A stretch of DNA of 61,980 nucleotides, counting the filler. It is 8 parts of 8 records of this genome, joined end to end, with 100 filler letters (N's around TTAATTAATTAA, not from the genome) between each part and the next. Parts side by side here need not be neighbours in the genome. Positions count along the whole stretch, not along the records: positions 1 to 14,030 come from SRR31147125_52314; positions 14,131 to 20,768 come from SRR31147125_52332; positions 20,869 to 27,964 come from SRR31147125_52484; 5 more parts are not named here. One strand, written 5' to 3'. Numbering within the stretch: the stretch's first letter is position 1; each line of letters begins with the position of its first letter. A program made the translations under genes and the position numbers. Of this stretch, positions 10,274-20,970 are shown piece after piece. The notes below the pieces were generated by a model. It had not been told where the DNA came from, searched no databases, and was given only the letters and a program-made list of their open reading frames with translations.

Positions 10274-10761
10274 CTATACCGAAATGGTGCTGAACCGTTT
10301 GACCTCACCTGCCGGGGCTCCATATGGGGACGCGACAGGTTTTGGGGGCTGGCTTTTTTGGGGAGCGGCTTTGGTGTCATTATCCTCTGTCAGTCCCATA
10401 ACATCTGTTTGCCAGATTTCTTTAAGCTTTTCAAGATAAGAAGCGGTTCTATCCAGAATGGTGATGTCATTGCTGATGGATACTTTGGGCAATTCTGCCA
10501 GTATGGCAGAGTAAAGCCCCTGAGAAACCGGGTGCCCTCGTCCATCATTTCAGGATGCAAGGAGGCGTTGAGCTCGGAAATAATGGCGATGGTTTTACTC
10601 AGGTTTTCCCCCCGTTTTTGAATATTGTTTTCCTTGATACCCTGGCGAGCCAAATCAATACGGTGCAGGGCGCCTTTGTAAAGCAGCAGAATCAGCTGCT
10701 CCGGAGACATCCCTTCATAGTGATTTGTCAGATAGGTGTTAACCTGGGCAAGCGCTGCCAT
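10274..10761 (-). CDS. fliS: Flagellin export chaperone FliS (one frameshift at the run 10517-10520)
   Basis: SPEQLILLLYKGAL...KRGENLSKTIAIISELNASL. One added G gives FLRGLYSAILAELPKV and joins ORF 10274..10492 (LEKLKEIW). Confidence 0.9.
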
Positions 10762-10838
10762 ATTTTACCTCCTAAGTGCTTATGATTATTTTTTTTGTTT
10801 TATTTGGGGGGCGGAACATGCTTTTTTCGTCCCACGTA

Positions 10839-12512
10839 TTAATCGCTGCTGTTAAAAGATTCAATGATGGACTCTAAATATGCAGATTCCGAGTTGAGCT
10901 TGGCAATGATGGTATCCAGCTCGACAAATTGTGCGGTCAGAGTATCGTATCGTTTTTCAAGCCGCTCCGTTGCCGTTTCTATATCTGCCTCCAGCTTGTC
11001 CATCTTGGTTTCAGCCTCATCAATCTCTAAGGTCACCACCCCAAAGGTGCTGACAAGGTCGGTGATGGCATCGTTTATTTTGTCGCCTAAACCGGTGATC
11101 TCTTCATCGTCATCCCCTAAAAACAGGCTGCTGACGGCATCAAAATCCTCAGCCAGGGCCTGGTCCAGAGTTTCTTCATCAATGGTCAGGGTGCCGTCTC
11201 TGTCGACTTCAAGACCGATTTCCCCCAGGCTTTTAAACTGGGAGGAAACATCCACGGCACTGACAATCAGATTTTTTAAATCCGACACCACCCGGCCCAT
11301 GGTATAGTCGTTTTCAAGGGGATTGGTTTCTTCGTCGTCAGAGCCCTCGTCATCGCTTTCTCCTTCGACTATGGAGAGCAGTTCGTTGAAGCCCTCCACC
11401 AGGGCGAGGATATTTTCCTTTACATCCTGGGTATCCTGTTCAATACCGACACTGGTCTCCCCTTCCTTTTTCAGGTTGAGGGTTACCCCGGCAATGACAT
11501 CGGTGATGGCGTCGTTGGACTGGCGCTGGTAACTGACTCCGTTGATACTGAACTGGGCGTTGAGAGAATCTTCATCCGCTCCGTTTACTTCGGTCAGGGG
11601 AAGGTTGCCTATGGTAAGCCTATGGTCCTCTCCGGTCTTGTCCGAGGTCAGGGTCAGGCGGTAGGCGTTCTCGCTGTCCCCGCTGTCGATAAGGGAGGCT
11701 GTGACCCCTGGATTATCCTCAGACCCATTGATGAGTGTCACGGTTTCGGCATAAGTGGTGCCCGGGGCAAGGCTCAGATACATGGGGTCATCGGTGTCAG
11801 CCCTGGCAATGGAAATGGTGGTATCTGCCTTGATATAATCAACCCCGGTCAAAGAAACCTGTTCATCAACGCTGTCCCCGCCCTGGGTTGAGGCCAGGCG
11901 GATATAATATTCATCCTCATCGTTTTGTTCAACCGAGGCTGTCACCAGCTGACCACCATCCTCGTCCTGGTTATTGGAAGAGTCATTAATGGCCTGGGCA
12001 ATTTCTTCTAGCGTCAAACCGGAACCAACGGCAACAGATATGGTTTCCTGGCTTTCAGATGCCCCGTAAAGGATATCGTAGGTGGTGCTTTCAGTGGTGA
12101 CGGTCTCACTTGAGTCTGTGATACCTGTTTCCGGTTCGGTGTAAATCACGGCAGATTCACTGTCCACTCCGGTGCTCTGCCAGGAGTTATACCGGGCTTT
12201 GGTGGTCACTTCCAGGTCAAAGCTGGTGGCTTTGATGCCGTCGTCCGCAGTGATGGATGCAATCTCTTCGTCAGATACAGAGACATTAGTTTTAAGAAAG
12301 TCAGATTCAAGGGAGAGGGAGAGGGCACTGGATTTGATTTTAAACAATTGTGCGTTGACACTATTGTAGGAATCAATTAATGATTCAAGCTCGGTAACTT
12401 CTGTCTCTTTGGACGTGATTGTGGTACTGTCCGCTTCTTTGAGTTGGTCCAGGATATCCTGCAAATCCAGGCCGGACCCTATGCCTAATGTTGTTATTGA
12501 TCCGGTTGCCAT
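10839..12512 (-). CDS. fliD: Flagellar filament cap protein
   Basis: ITTLGIGSGLDLQDILDQL N-terminus; RQSNDAITDVIAGVTLNL; RYDTLTAQFVELDTIIAKLNS C-terminus. Confidence 0.95.
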   Translation of the reverse strand: MATGSITTLGIGSGLDLQDILDQLKEADSTTITSKETEVTELESLIDSYNSVNAQLFKIKSSALSLSLESDFLKTNVSVSDEEIASITADDGIKATSFDLEVTTKARYNSWQSTGVDSESAVIYTEPETGITDSSETVTTESTTYDILYGASESQETISVAVGSGLTLEEIAQAINDSSNNQDEDGGQLVTASVEQNDEDEYYIRLASTQGGDSVDEQVSLTGVDYIKADTTISIARADTDDPMYLSLAPGTTYAETVTLINGSEDNPGVTASLIDSGDSENAYRLTLTSDKTGEDHRLTIGNLPLTEVNGADEDSLNAQFSINGVSYQRQSNDAITDVIAGVTLNLKKEGETSVGIEQDTQDVKENILALVEGFNELLSIVEGESDDEGSDDEETNPLENDYTMGRVVSDLKNLIVSAVDVSSQFKSLGEIGLEVDRDGTLTIDEETLDQALAEDFDAVSSLFLGDDDEEITGLGDKINDAITDLVSTFGVVTLEIDEAETKMDKLEADIETATERLEKRYDTLTAQFVELDTIIAKLNSESAYLESIIESFNSSD

Positions 12513-12547
12513 ATTCTCTTCTCCAGTTTAAATGATTTATAAACAAT

Positions 12548-12574
12548 ATATCGGCCTGAGCCGGGAAAACCTAA
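12548..12574 (-). promoter_or_regulatory. Candidate sigma-28 (FliA) promoter of the fliD operon
   Basis: Minus strand reads TTAG-N15-GCCGATAT against the consensus TAAA-N15-GCCGATAA, about 35 nt upstream of the fliD ATG. Confidence 0.7.
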
Positions 12575-12582
12575 GAAAAAAG

Positions 12583-14030
12583 TCATGCTGATCGGTGAAT
12601 ATCCAAAGCCTGGAATAAAGGGCCCAGATAATCTTCATAGGGTTTCCACCGATTTACCGAAGAGGTATAAATCTTCTTACGGACCTGGGACCAGCTGGCC
12701 GTATTGACATTCCGCTGTTGCCTGTGGAATTCCAAACAGCTTTCTTCAAACCCAAGGCCGCAGAATTCCAGCATTTTCAGGACCGCAGTTCTGTGATCGT
12801 CAACAATATCTTCGTAACTCATAGGCATGATGTCTAAGCTTAATGTGATTGACCAATGGTCCATAAGCCTTTCATAGCTTTTGTAGTATGCCCCCAACCA
12901 TTCCAAACGGTTTTTATAACCGTGGCCGAATGTGAAATTTTGAAAATAACAGGACAGGCAGGTGTCCAGGGGATCCCTTTTTACATGGATAACTTTGGCA
13001 TTGGGAAAGAGTATATTGATCAGCCAAAGATATAGAAAGTTTTGGGGTTGTTTATCTGTAACATAGGAGGACCCGCCGGATAATTTGCTTAGCTGTGACA
13101 GATAGTTTTCAGCCATCTGGCTAATATTTCTGGGGTTGATATTTTGATGGGGAAAGGTCTTATTGGAAGAAAGGCTTTGGTGGGCCTGATCCATATAGGG
13201 AAGTTCTCCTGCACCAAAAACCATGGAGTGGCTTGAGAGGATCTGTTCTACCAGACTTGTGCCGGATCTTGGCATCCCAATGATAAATACGGGGGTATCT
13301 GATGGGTGACCATGGGCCTGGTGTTGCTCAATAAAATCAGAAGAAATATGGTTGATGAGTGTATCGATCCATTGATGGTGTCTGTCAATTGAGAAATCGC
13401 TTCCTTTTTGCGTTTGTCTCAATGTGTTGGCCATTTGGTAATTTTCAAAGGCCTCCCGGTAGGACCCTAAATTGTGATACATTTTTCCAAGGGAAAAACA
13501 GAGGGTCATTTTTTCCGGGATAGATTGTTTTTTCCGGGTTTTCAGGTGTTCCAGTCTGGCAAACATGGGATCTTCGGAACCAAAGGTCTTAAAATCCGTA
13601 AGGCATTTAATGGCATTGATATGGTCTCCTTTAATGGAGACAGCCTTGCTTAGGTAGCGGTCCGCCTTATCATAATCCCCCATTTGCAGAGAAATTTGTC
13701 CCAGATTGGATAGAAGGTCCGGATCTTCCGGAGCCAGAGTTATGGCATGGGTAAAGCATGCAAAGGCTTTTTCAAGGGCGTTGGTGTTTCGGTATGCTGC
13801 CCCAAGGTTGTTTAGGATCATGGTATTGTCGGGCAATAGGAGGCGCAAAAAGGCCAGACAGTCTATGGCGGTTTTGAAATTGCCCTGGTAAAAATAGGCC
13901 ATGCCAAGATTGTATGCCGCTTCAAGGGCCTCTTGATCCGCCATGAGAGAGTGACTCAAGCTGGAGACCGCCTGGCCGAACTGTCTTTTTTCCATAAAGT
14001 TTTTGGCCTGGTTTCTTAACTGCTTTTTTT
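12583..14030 (-). CDS. TPR-repeat PAPS-dependent sulfotransferase (frame open to the contig edge)
   Basis: TPRs (AAYNLGMAYF, ILNNLGAAY, LLSNLGQIS), 5'-PSB motif FIIGMPRSGTSLVEQIL and 3'-PB motif RDPLDTCLS. Confidence 0.88.
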
Positions 14031-14130
14031 NNNNNNNNNNNNNNNNNNNNNNNNNNNNNNNNNNNNNNNNNNNNTTAATTAATTAANNNNNNNNNNNNNN
14101 NNNNNNNNNNNNNNNNNNNNNNNNNNNNNN
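14031..14130. other. Artificial contig linker
   Basis: N44-TTAATTAATTAA-N44, with stops in all six frames. Base composition and gene content change across it. Confidence 0.98.
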
Positions 14131-14131
14131 T

Positions 14132-14866
14132 TTGTACTTTCGCTCAAATTTGTATCTGAAACCACGGGGCGAGGAGGTCCAACAAAGACTTCAAACTCTT
14201 GGACTTTATGATAGCGTAGTTGATGGCTGGATTGGTAAAAAATCAGAAGCTGCAATTATAGATTTTCAAAAACAAAATGGCTTATATGTTGATGGCGTGG
14301 CAGGGATTTATACTTACGAAGCATTATTCCCAGAAAACTTTACAGCGGATATTGGTTTTTCTGATCAAAACGAAGAGTCGGGAGGAGCTTCAACAACCAC
14401 TGCTTATTGGAGTGCTTCGGTTTCCTCTTATCTTATTCCTGAAAACTCAAATAACGGACCTTTTACTGCAAACATGATGACAGATGGCAGGGTTTCTACT
14501 TGTTGGATTCCAAAAGATAATCGATCTGGTGTTGGTGAGTATATTACGCTTAGTTTATCTAATGGGGAAAAAGCGTCTTTCAACAGCATTGATATATTTG
14601 CTGGGTACGGTAAAACTGATGCAAACTATTATACAAATTATAGGATAAAAAGTGTTTCGGTATATATTGACGACGTATACATTGGTGATTTTGAATTAGA
14701 AGATGTAAGAAAAAAACAATCTGTTAGTGTAGGGAATGAGTATAGCGGTTCGAAAATAAAGATAGAAATTAAAGATTGTTATATATCGCAAAGCTATAAC
14801 GGGTATAAAGCTTGGGAAGATTTATGCGTTTCAGAAATATGGATTGATGGTGAAATTACTGAATAG
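14132..14866 (+). CDS. Peptidoglycan-binding domain plus discoidin/NADase-type glycan-binding domain protein (5' truncated)
   Basis: PG_binding_1-like segment RGEEVQQRLQTLG..VDGWIGKKSEAAIIDFQKQNGLYVDGVAGIYT. C-terminal segment DGRVSTCW...GVGEYI...GYGK...Y..NYRIK...D.C.SEI. Confidence 0.7.
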   Translation: MYFRSNLYLKPRGEEVQQRLQTLGLYDSVVDGWIGKKSEAAIIDFQKQNGLYVDGVAGIYTYEALFPENFTADIGFSDQNEESGGASTTTAYWSASVSSYLIPENSNNGPFTANMMTDGRVSTCWIPKDNRSGVGEYITLSLSNGEKASFNSIDIFAGYGKTDANYYTNYRIKSVSVYIDDVYIGDFELEDVRKKQSVSVGNEYSGSKIKIEIKDCYISQSYNGYKAWEDLCVSEIWIDGEITE

Positions 14867-14886
14867 ATAAAAAACTTATCATCTTA

Positions 14887-14946
14887 AAATACCTTGAATA
14901 TAAACTAAATCGACTGAATTTAGAAATATTCAAGGTATTTGTTTTT
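14887..14946. terminator. Probable bidirectional terminator hairpin
   Basis: AAATACCTTGAATAT (14887-14901) and ATATTCAAGGTATTT (14926-14940), followed by GTTTTT, between convergent genes. Confidence 0.7.
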
Positions 14947-14954
14947 GATATATA

Positions 14955-16242
14955 TTAAATCAAATCGTCCATACCATTAATGGTAGCCTCTTCATCATCG
15001 TTGATAGGAACGACAATGCACCGTTGACCTTCTATGTATTGCGTCTTAATTTTAGCAAGCTTATCGGGTTTTACATGTAATACTACGTCGTAGTTTAAAG
15101 ATTTACTATCTTCATTTAAATCACTAGCTGTATTATCGACGTTGGTTTTTTCTTCGGAATCCGAATATTTTTTTGCTTGTTCTAGCTCACCTTTAAGCGT
15201 ATTTACCTGTTCAATTAAATGTGCTTGATTTTTTTCTGTGCGTTTTCTTTAAGTAGTTTTGAATCAATTAAGTTTTCAGCTAAAGGTATATCGTCACCAA
15301 AATTCTTTTCATACGAAGCTTCAATCTTGCTAGTTGCATCTTCAGATACTCCACTTTCCAGCAAAAGGCTTTTTACATCGTCTTTTGATAGAGCAATAGG
15401 GGATTCGTCAGTATCTTTGTAGATTTCATTGTGTTCTTCAACCATAGCACTAAGGTTTTCTTGAAAATCAGAATAAACTTTATCGCTAGTGTCGTCTTCT
15501 AAGCCAAAAGTACTCTTAATTATGGAATGCAAAGTTTCTTTTTGTATAGTTGCTGTCTGTTTTGGTAAACAACCTAAAGCATTTTCCATCAAATCGTGCT
15601 GTGGTTCTTTAGGGTTTTTAGTATAATACATAAGTGCGTTAACATCCGAGCTTCTATCGATAAAAGCAGGAAATACAAAGCCAAGGGTTGGGAATCCAAC
15701 AACCCAATCTCTAATGCGAGCTTTTATTTTTTGATCCTGCTCAAAATACCCAAGCCCCGATTTTGACAATGTAACAGGACAAATTGCGCACATTATATAT
15801 TCATAAACTTCTTCCGATTCGTCTAGTTTCGCATTGTCAGTAGTTTTTGTCACTACATCATACGCATCATGATACACGAGAATCAAAAAATTACCTGTGT
15901 AATCGAAGCTATCAATGATAGAATCATATAATTCTCTAAGTGCGTCATCATCATTTAGTCCGCTCTTCTTTAACTTCATAAAAAGCTCTTGTTTCTTGTT
16001 TTTAAAATTTTCATCAAGCGGAAAACTAAGCTCCAACAAGTTGTTGCCAATGCCCCCAGATAGTACTTTTTCCCTATCTCTAAGTATTTGAAAAGTTCTT
16101 CTTCAGGTAAGTTTAAAAAGGATTCCCTAAAATCGAGTATTGCCTTTTTTTCGCTATTTACATAACAGCCACAAATTTTTGTAAATGTGCATTGGTCTTT
16201 TCTAAAACGTTTTTTAAGTTCAAGTATGTCTTTTCTTTTCAT
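14955..16242 (-). CDS. DUF4317-family protein (frameshifts at 16067-16071 and 15229-15235)
   Basis: MKRKDILELKKRF...CGCYVN...FKYLEI, then LILVYHDAYDV...CAICPV...RIRDWVV..P..GFVFPAFIDRSSD, ending EGQRCIVVPINDDEEATING; stop at 14955-14957. Confidence 0.75.
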
Positions 16243-16506
16243 AGAGCCTCGCAATAATATTTTTGTATTTGATGCATTAAGTATATTTAATATTATAAGA
16301 AAATCAGGTGTTTGGCAATCAGTATTTTAAAAATTAACAATCACTATTGTCGCAAAATTGAAACGCACTATTCAATTAAAGCCAATTTATATTGTAGAAA
16401 TGACTTTGGTATTATGATACTATTATATAAATATTCTTAAAGAGTATGAGCAGGGTTTTATTTTAGATGAAGACATTGGATTTTAAAACAAATTAAAAGG
16501 TGGCTT

Positions 16507-17894
16507 ATGAAAAAAAGAGTAGTGAATATAATCGTTGGCGTTATTCTGTTTTTAATCGCATATTTATTTTTACCAAAAGATATTTTTATAAAAGAACAAT
16601 CTATAGCCTTGGGCTTATTGTTGTTAATGACTTACTGGTGGATAACAAGGCCTGTTCATATTGCAGTTGTATCATTTTTACCAATAATAATCAACTCGAT
16701 TTTTGGTGTTGTTGATATGAACTTTGTTACGTCATCGTATTTTAGCCCTGTAGTGATACTCTTGCTGGGTGCAAATGTTTTAACGATACTATGGACATTG
16801 TGTGGGCTGGATAAGAGGATAGCGCTAAAATCCTTGATGATTCTTGGAACATCGGTTAAACCTCAACTTATAGTGTGGTTTGTTTTGTCCGTGCTTTTAA
16901 GTTCATTTTTACCAAATGCTGTTGTAACAGCATCGCTTATTCCTATTGCAGTTTCAATGATTGCATATTGTAGTGATAAGCATGGTGAAGATAATAGTAG
17001 TGTTCAAAACTGGATATTGCTTGCAATTGTTTGGGGAGCAGGACTTGGCGGATTTGGAACGCCAATGGGCGGCGCTATGAACTTGGTTGCAATTTCGCAT
17101 ATAGAAACTTTCACAGGCTCCGAATTTTTATATATAAACTGGGTAAAGGCTGTGTTTCCTTGGCTATTATTAACTTCGGCTTTAGTTTGTGTTTATTTTG
17201 CTTTTACAAAACAACCAAAGAAACATTTAAGCGGAAGTAGGGCATACTTTAGACAAGAGTATTCTAAAATGAACAAATTAAGTAAAATAGAAATAGTATC
17301 AATAGTGTTATTTTTATTGGCTATTATATTGGTTTTTGCAAGACCACTCTATAAAAGTCTACTGCCGGAATTTAAAGCGCCTTACGCATTTATGCTGATG
17401 GCGATAATAGCTTTTTTATAACAGGAAACGATGGCAAGCCTGTTTTGAAGTGGGATTATGCTGTAAAAAATATCAATTGGAGTTTAATGATGTTGTTTGG
17501 CGGAGGCCTTGCAATGGGTAATGTTCTTGTTAAATCAGAAACTACAAGTGCGCTTGCCAACCTAATAACAAGATTCGACGGGTTATCGATAAGTCTGTTG
17601 CTGTTTACGCTTATATTTTTTGGTATGTTTTTGGCAAATACATCAAGTAACACAGCGGCATGTGCTGTACTTATCCCTGTTGCGATAAGTGCTTTTTCAA
17701 CATTTAACTTAAACGTTATTCAACTTGCTATCATTGTGGCTGTTGCATGTAACTGTGCATATGTTTTACCTACATCAGTAAGGAGCATACCAATAAGCTA
17801 TGGGTTAGACCCGCAGTTGATGTTAAATAAAGGTCTTTTGGTAAACATACTTACTTTAGCAGCGTTGTCTGTAGTTAGCCTTATATTTATATAG
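16507..17894 (+). CDS. DASS/SLC13-family anion transporter (one frameshift at the T6 run 17412-17417)
   Basis: Multi-TM protein with SSFLPNAV, GGFGTPMGGAMNL, INWSLMMLFGGGLAMG, ANTSSNTA and YVLPTS motifs. Confidence 0.85.
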
Positions 17895-17910
17895 AATAGG
17901 AGATATTAAT

Positions 17911-18144
17911 TTGAAAGACAAAATAGAGCTAGATTGCTTTGGTGATATCTGCCCTGTTCCTATGATAAAAACCCAAAAAGCTTTGGAAGATATTCTTATA
18001 GGCGAAAGTGTTTTGCTTATTACAGACCACAGTTGTGTTGTGAAATCTATAGAAGATAGATATGGGGAAAGCAAACGTGTTGATTTTGATATGGAAGAAG
18101 TTATGAACGGTGTTTGGGAAATAAGGTTAATAAAAAAAGCTTAG
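17911..18144 (+). CDS. TusA/YeeD-family sulfur carrier
   Basis: ELDCFGDICPVPMIK...TDHSC...GVWEIRL; RBS AGGAG and TTG start. Confidence 0.9.
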   Translation: MKDKIELDCFGDICPVPMIKTQKALEDILIGESVLLITDHSCVVKSIEDRYGESKRVDFDMEEVMNGVWEIRLIKKA

Positions 18145-19043
18145 CAGAAACTGTTTTTTCCAATACTAACAAACCAATCGACAAATTGCTTAATGCATTC
18201 TGAGTGGTCTTTTTTAAACATCATCAAAATATCTAATGAAATATCAAAGCTTTCAACTTCTACAATTTTAAACTTCTTTTTATATACTTCTTCTCTTATA
18301 GATATATACGGAAAAAAAGCCAAGCCATAATCTTTTGAAACCAAAGTCTTTGCACTTTCCAACGTCTCAACTTCTAAGTTGCAATTAATTGAGTTATGGT
18401 CATATCCAGAGTCGTTAAGCTTTTGCATTACAGCTTTTGTTATATTGCTATCGTTTGTTAAAGTAATAAAACAAGAATTAATCAGTTTATCTACTGTAAT
18501 TTTGTCTTCTATATCAGAATTGTATTTACATGCAACTACAATCTTATTCTGTCCAGATTTTACATAAACAAGGTTTTTATGTTTCTGTTGCTCAGCTTTG
18601 TTCCTATAAGCGAAGCCAATATCGTAAATATTATTAGAAACATTACTATACACTGTGTCGGATCTGCTAGTAGAAAGTTCATATTTATGTGATGGATATT
18701 CTTTGTTTGCAAGCATAAGCGTACAAGGAACAGCGTAGTCTGCGATAGAACTACATGCTTGAACCTTTATAATCATACTGTTCATACGGTTTGTTGCAAT
18801 ATCAGAAATCATACTATCGTACGAAGTTAAAATACTTTCAGAAAACTTAAATACAATCTCACCGGCTTCAGTAAGCGTTATACCCTTGTTGCTTCTATCC
18901 ATCAGTTGATTAGATAAATCTTCCTCTAAACGATGAATCTTTTGGCTTAGCGCAGATTGCGTAATATGATGTTCTCTTGCAACAGAGCTTATGTTCCCAG
19001 CCTTTGCAATTAAGTTGAAATATTTTAGTGACTCTATATTCAT
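18141..19043 (-). CDS. LysR-family regulator (CysL-like)
   Basis: MNIESLKYF...NISSVAREHHITQSALSQKIHRLEEDL..LMDRSNKGITLTEAG; the ATG at 19043 follows AAGGA. Confidence 0.9.
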   Translation of the reverse strand: MNIESLKYFNLIAKAGNISSVAREHHITQSALSQKIHRLEEDLSNQLMDRSNKGITLTEAGEIVFKFSESILTSYDSMISDIATNRMNSMIIKVQACSSIADYAVPCTLMLANKEYPSHKYELSTSRSDTVYSNVSNNIYDIGFAYRNKAEQQKHKNLVYVKSGQNKIVVACKYNSDIEDKITVDKLINSCFITLTNDSNITKAVMQKLNDSGYDHNSINCNLEVETLESAKTLVSKDYGLAFFPYISIREEVYKKKFKIVEVESFDISLDILMMFKKDHSECIKQFVDWFVSIGKNSFC

Positions 19044-19215
19044 AAGATTATCCTTTTTTTTGTTTATAAGCATATCATAATTCTGCTATAAAATAAACTA
19101 ATATAGCATAAGAAATTTGGATACACGAAATCATATAGAGTATGTTAAAATAATATCAATGATTGTTAAATATTTAACAAAACATCGATATTATTTACGA
19201 AAGGATGTGATTGTT

Positions 19216-19910
19216 TTGGCAGAAGAACAAGTAACAACTTCTACAAGATCATCTAGAAGCAGTAGAACTAGAAAAAGAAAAAGAAAAAGAGCCAAATACC
19301 TTATGGTGTACTTGCATTTGTTATTATTGTAGCAATAGCTATTTTTCTTGGCTTAAAACAAGCTAACCTAGCTCTATATTGGATAACAGGGACTGCATTT
19401 GGATTTATACTCCAAAGAGCGAGATTCTGTTTTACTGCATCAATGCGTGACCCTTATTTAACAAAAAGCACATCGGTTACAAGAGCGGTACTGATAGCAT
19501 TTGCGCTTACATCGATAATTTTTACAGCGATTAAATATGGTTATGTGCAAAACGGATTGCCTATTCCAGGTCAAAGCTATATTGCTCCAATAAGCGTTGC
19601 AACGGGTATCGGCGCATTTATGTTTGGTATTGGTATGGTTATAGCAGGAGGTTGTGCATCAGGAACTCTTATGAGAGTTGGGGAAGGGTTTTGGATGCAG
19701 GTTTTATCACTGTTTTTCTTCATAGTTGGTTCGCTTTGGGGCGCACATGATTATGGATGGTGGATGGATAAATTCATTATCTCTGGACCAAGAATTTTCT
19801 TACCAGATGTATTGGGTTGGATGGGCGGTATATTATGTAACCTGTTGATTATTGCGGTTATATTTGTTATTGCTACAAAACACGAAAAGAAACACAACAA
19901 AGAAACATAG
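19216..19910 (+). CDS. YeeE/YedE thiosulfate-transporter family, N-half (one frameshift in the AGAAAA repeats near 19270-19290)
   Basis: TTG start after AAGGATGTG; GFILQRARFCFTASMRD and GMVIAGGCASGTLMRVGEG. Confidence 0.85.
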
Positions 19911-19968
19911 ACTTAAGAAAAAGAATCTTATAACAAAAACTTAAAAAACATACTTGGAGGAGATTATA

Positions 19969-20196
19969 ATGAGTAAAGAAGTAGAATTAGATTGTTTAGG
20001 CGAAGCTTGTCCGGTTCCATTGATTAAAGCGGAAAAGGCTTTAGAAAAATTAGATGCAGGCGATACACTTATCATGCAAATTGACCACAGTTGTGCTATG
20101 AAGAATGTTCCTGAGTGGGCAAGAAAACAAGGACACAACGTAGAACTAGAAGAAGTTGATGACGGTGAATGGGAAATATTCATTGAAAAAGTTTAA
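19969..20196 (+). CDS. TusA/YeeD-family sulfur carrier (second paralog)
   Basis: MSKEVELDCLGEACPVPLIK...IDHSCAMKNVPEWA...GEWEIFI; RBS GGAGG. Confidence 0.92.
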   Translation: MSKEVELDCLGEACPVPLIKAEKALEKLDAGDTLIMQIDHSCAMKNVPEWARKQGHNVELEEVDDGEWEIFIEKV

Positions 20197-20234
20197 CTTC
20201 CTACTAATACAATCTGTTTAGGAGGTAAAGTTGT

Positions 20235-20768
20235 ATGAAAAAATTAATTGAAAAAATCAGCAAAAACGAGTTTTATCAAACTTGGTTTAAAAAGGCTTTA
20301 CCATATGTTACAGGTGCGGTTTTACTAACTGTATTTCAAGTAGTAACTTTTGCTACAACAGGAAACCCATGGGGTGTTTCTGGAGTTTTTGCAAACTGGG
20401 GTGCTTGGATGTTTGAAGCTGTTGGCGGTAGCGTTGATAAGTGGTACTACTTTAGCTCGCCTGGCGCACAAGCAACACTTGAGGCTGGCTTTGTAAATCA
20501 TGCTGGCACGTGGAGAAACATTGGAATAATCGCGGGTGCACTTTTTGCAACACTTATGGCATCAGGATTTAAAATCAAGAAAATCAAAACCTTTAGGCAA
20601 GTTCTTGCTGCAGTTATTGGCGGACTTTTAATGGGTTATGGCGCAAGAATAGCTGGTGGATGTAATATAGGGGCGCTATATAGTGGTATAGCTTCACTTT
20701 CGTTGTCTGGTTGGATTTTTGCAGTGTTTATGTTTGCGGGTGCTATTGTTGGAAGCAAGCTGTTAGTT
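20235..20768 (+). CDS. YeeE/YedE family, C-half (3' truncated)
   Basis: PWGVSG...NIGIIAGALFA...GGLLMGYGARIAGGCNIGALYSGIASLSLSGW. Confidence 0.88.
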
Positions 20769-20868
20769 NNNNNNNNNNNNNNNNNNNNNNNNNNNNNNNN
20801 NNNNNNNNNNNNTTAATTAATTAANNNNNNNNNNNNNNNNNNNNNNNNNNNNNNNNNNNNNNNNNNNN
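20769..20868. other. Artificial contig linker
   Basis: N44-TTAATTAATTAA-N44. Confidence 0.98.
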
Positions 20869-20970
20869 TCTAAAAACAACAAGTGCAACACATAGTACCT
20901 ATGTTGCCAACACTTGCATTTTTTAAAGCTTATTGTATTTATGTTGACGGGGCTATAAAAATTGACTCTG

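Noticed and set aside
17911..20196. Selenocysteine recoding in the TusA/YeeE genes
   Set aside because: The motif positions are ordinary Cys codons, and I found no in-frame TGA.
20881..20915. Imperfect inverted repeat at the start of contig 3
   Set aside because: Weak, at the contig edge, and at most a terminator remnant.
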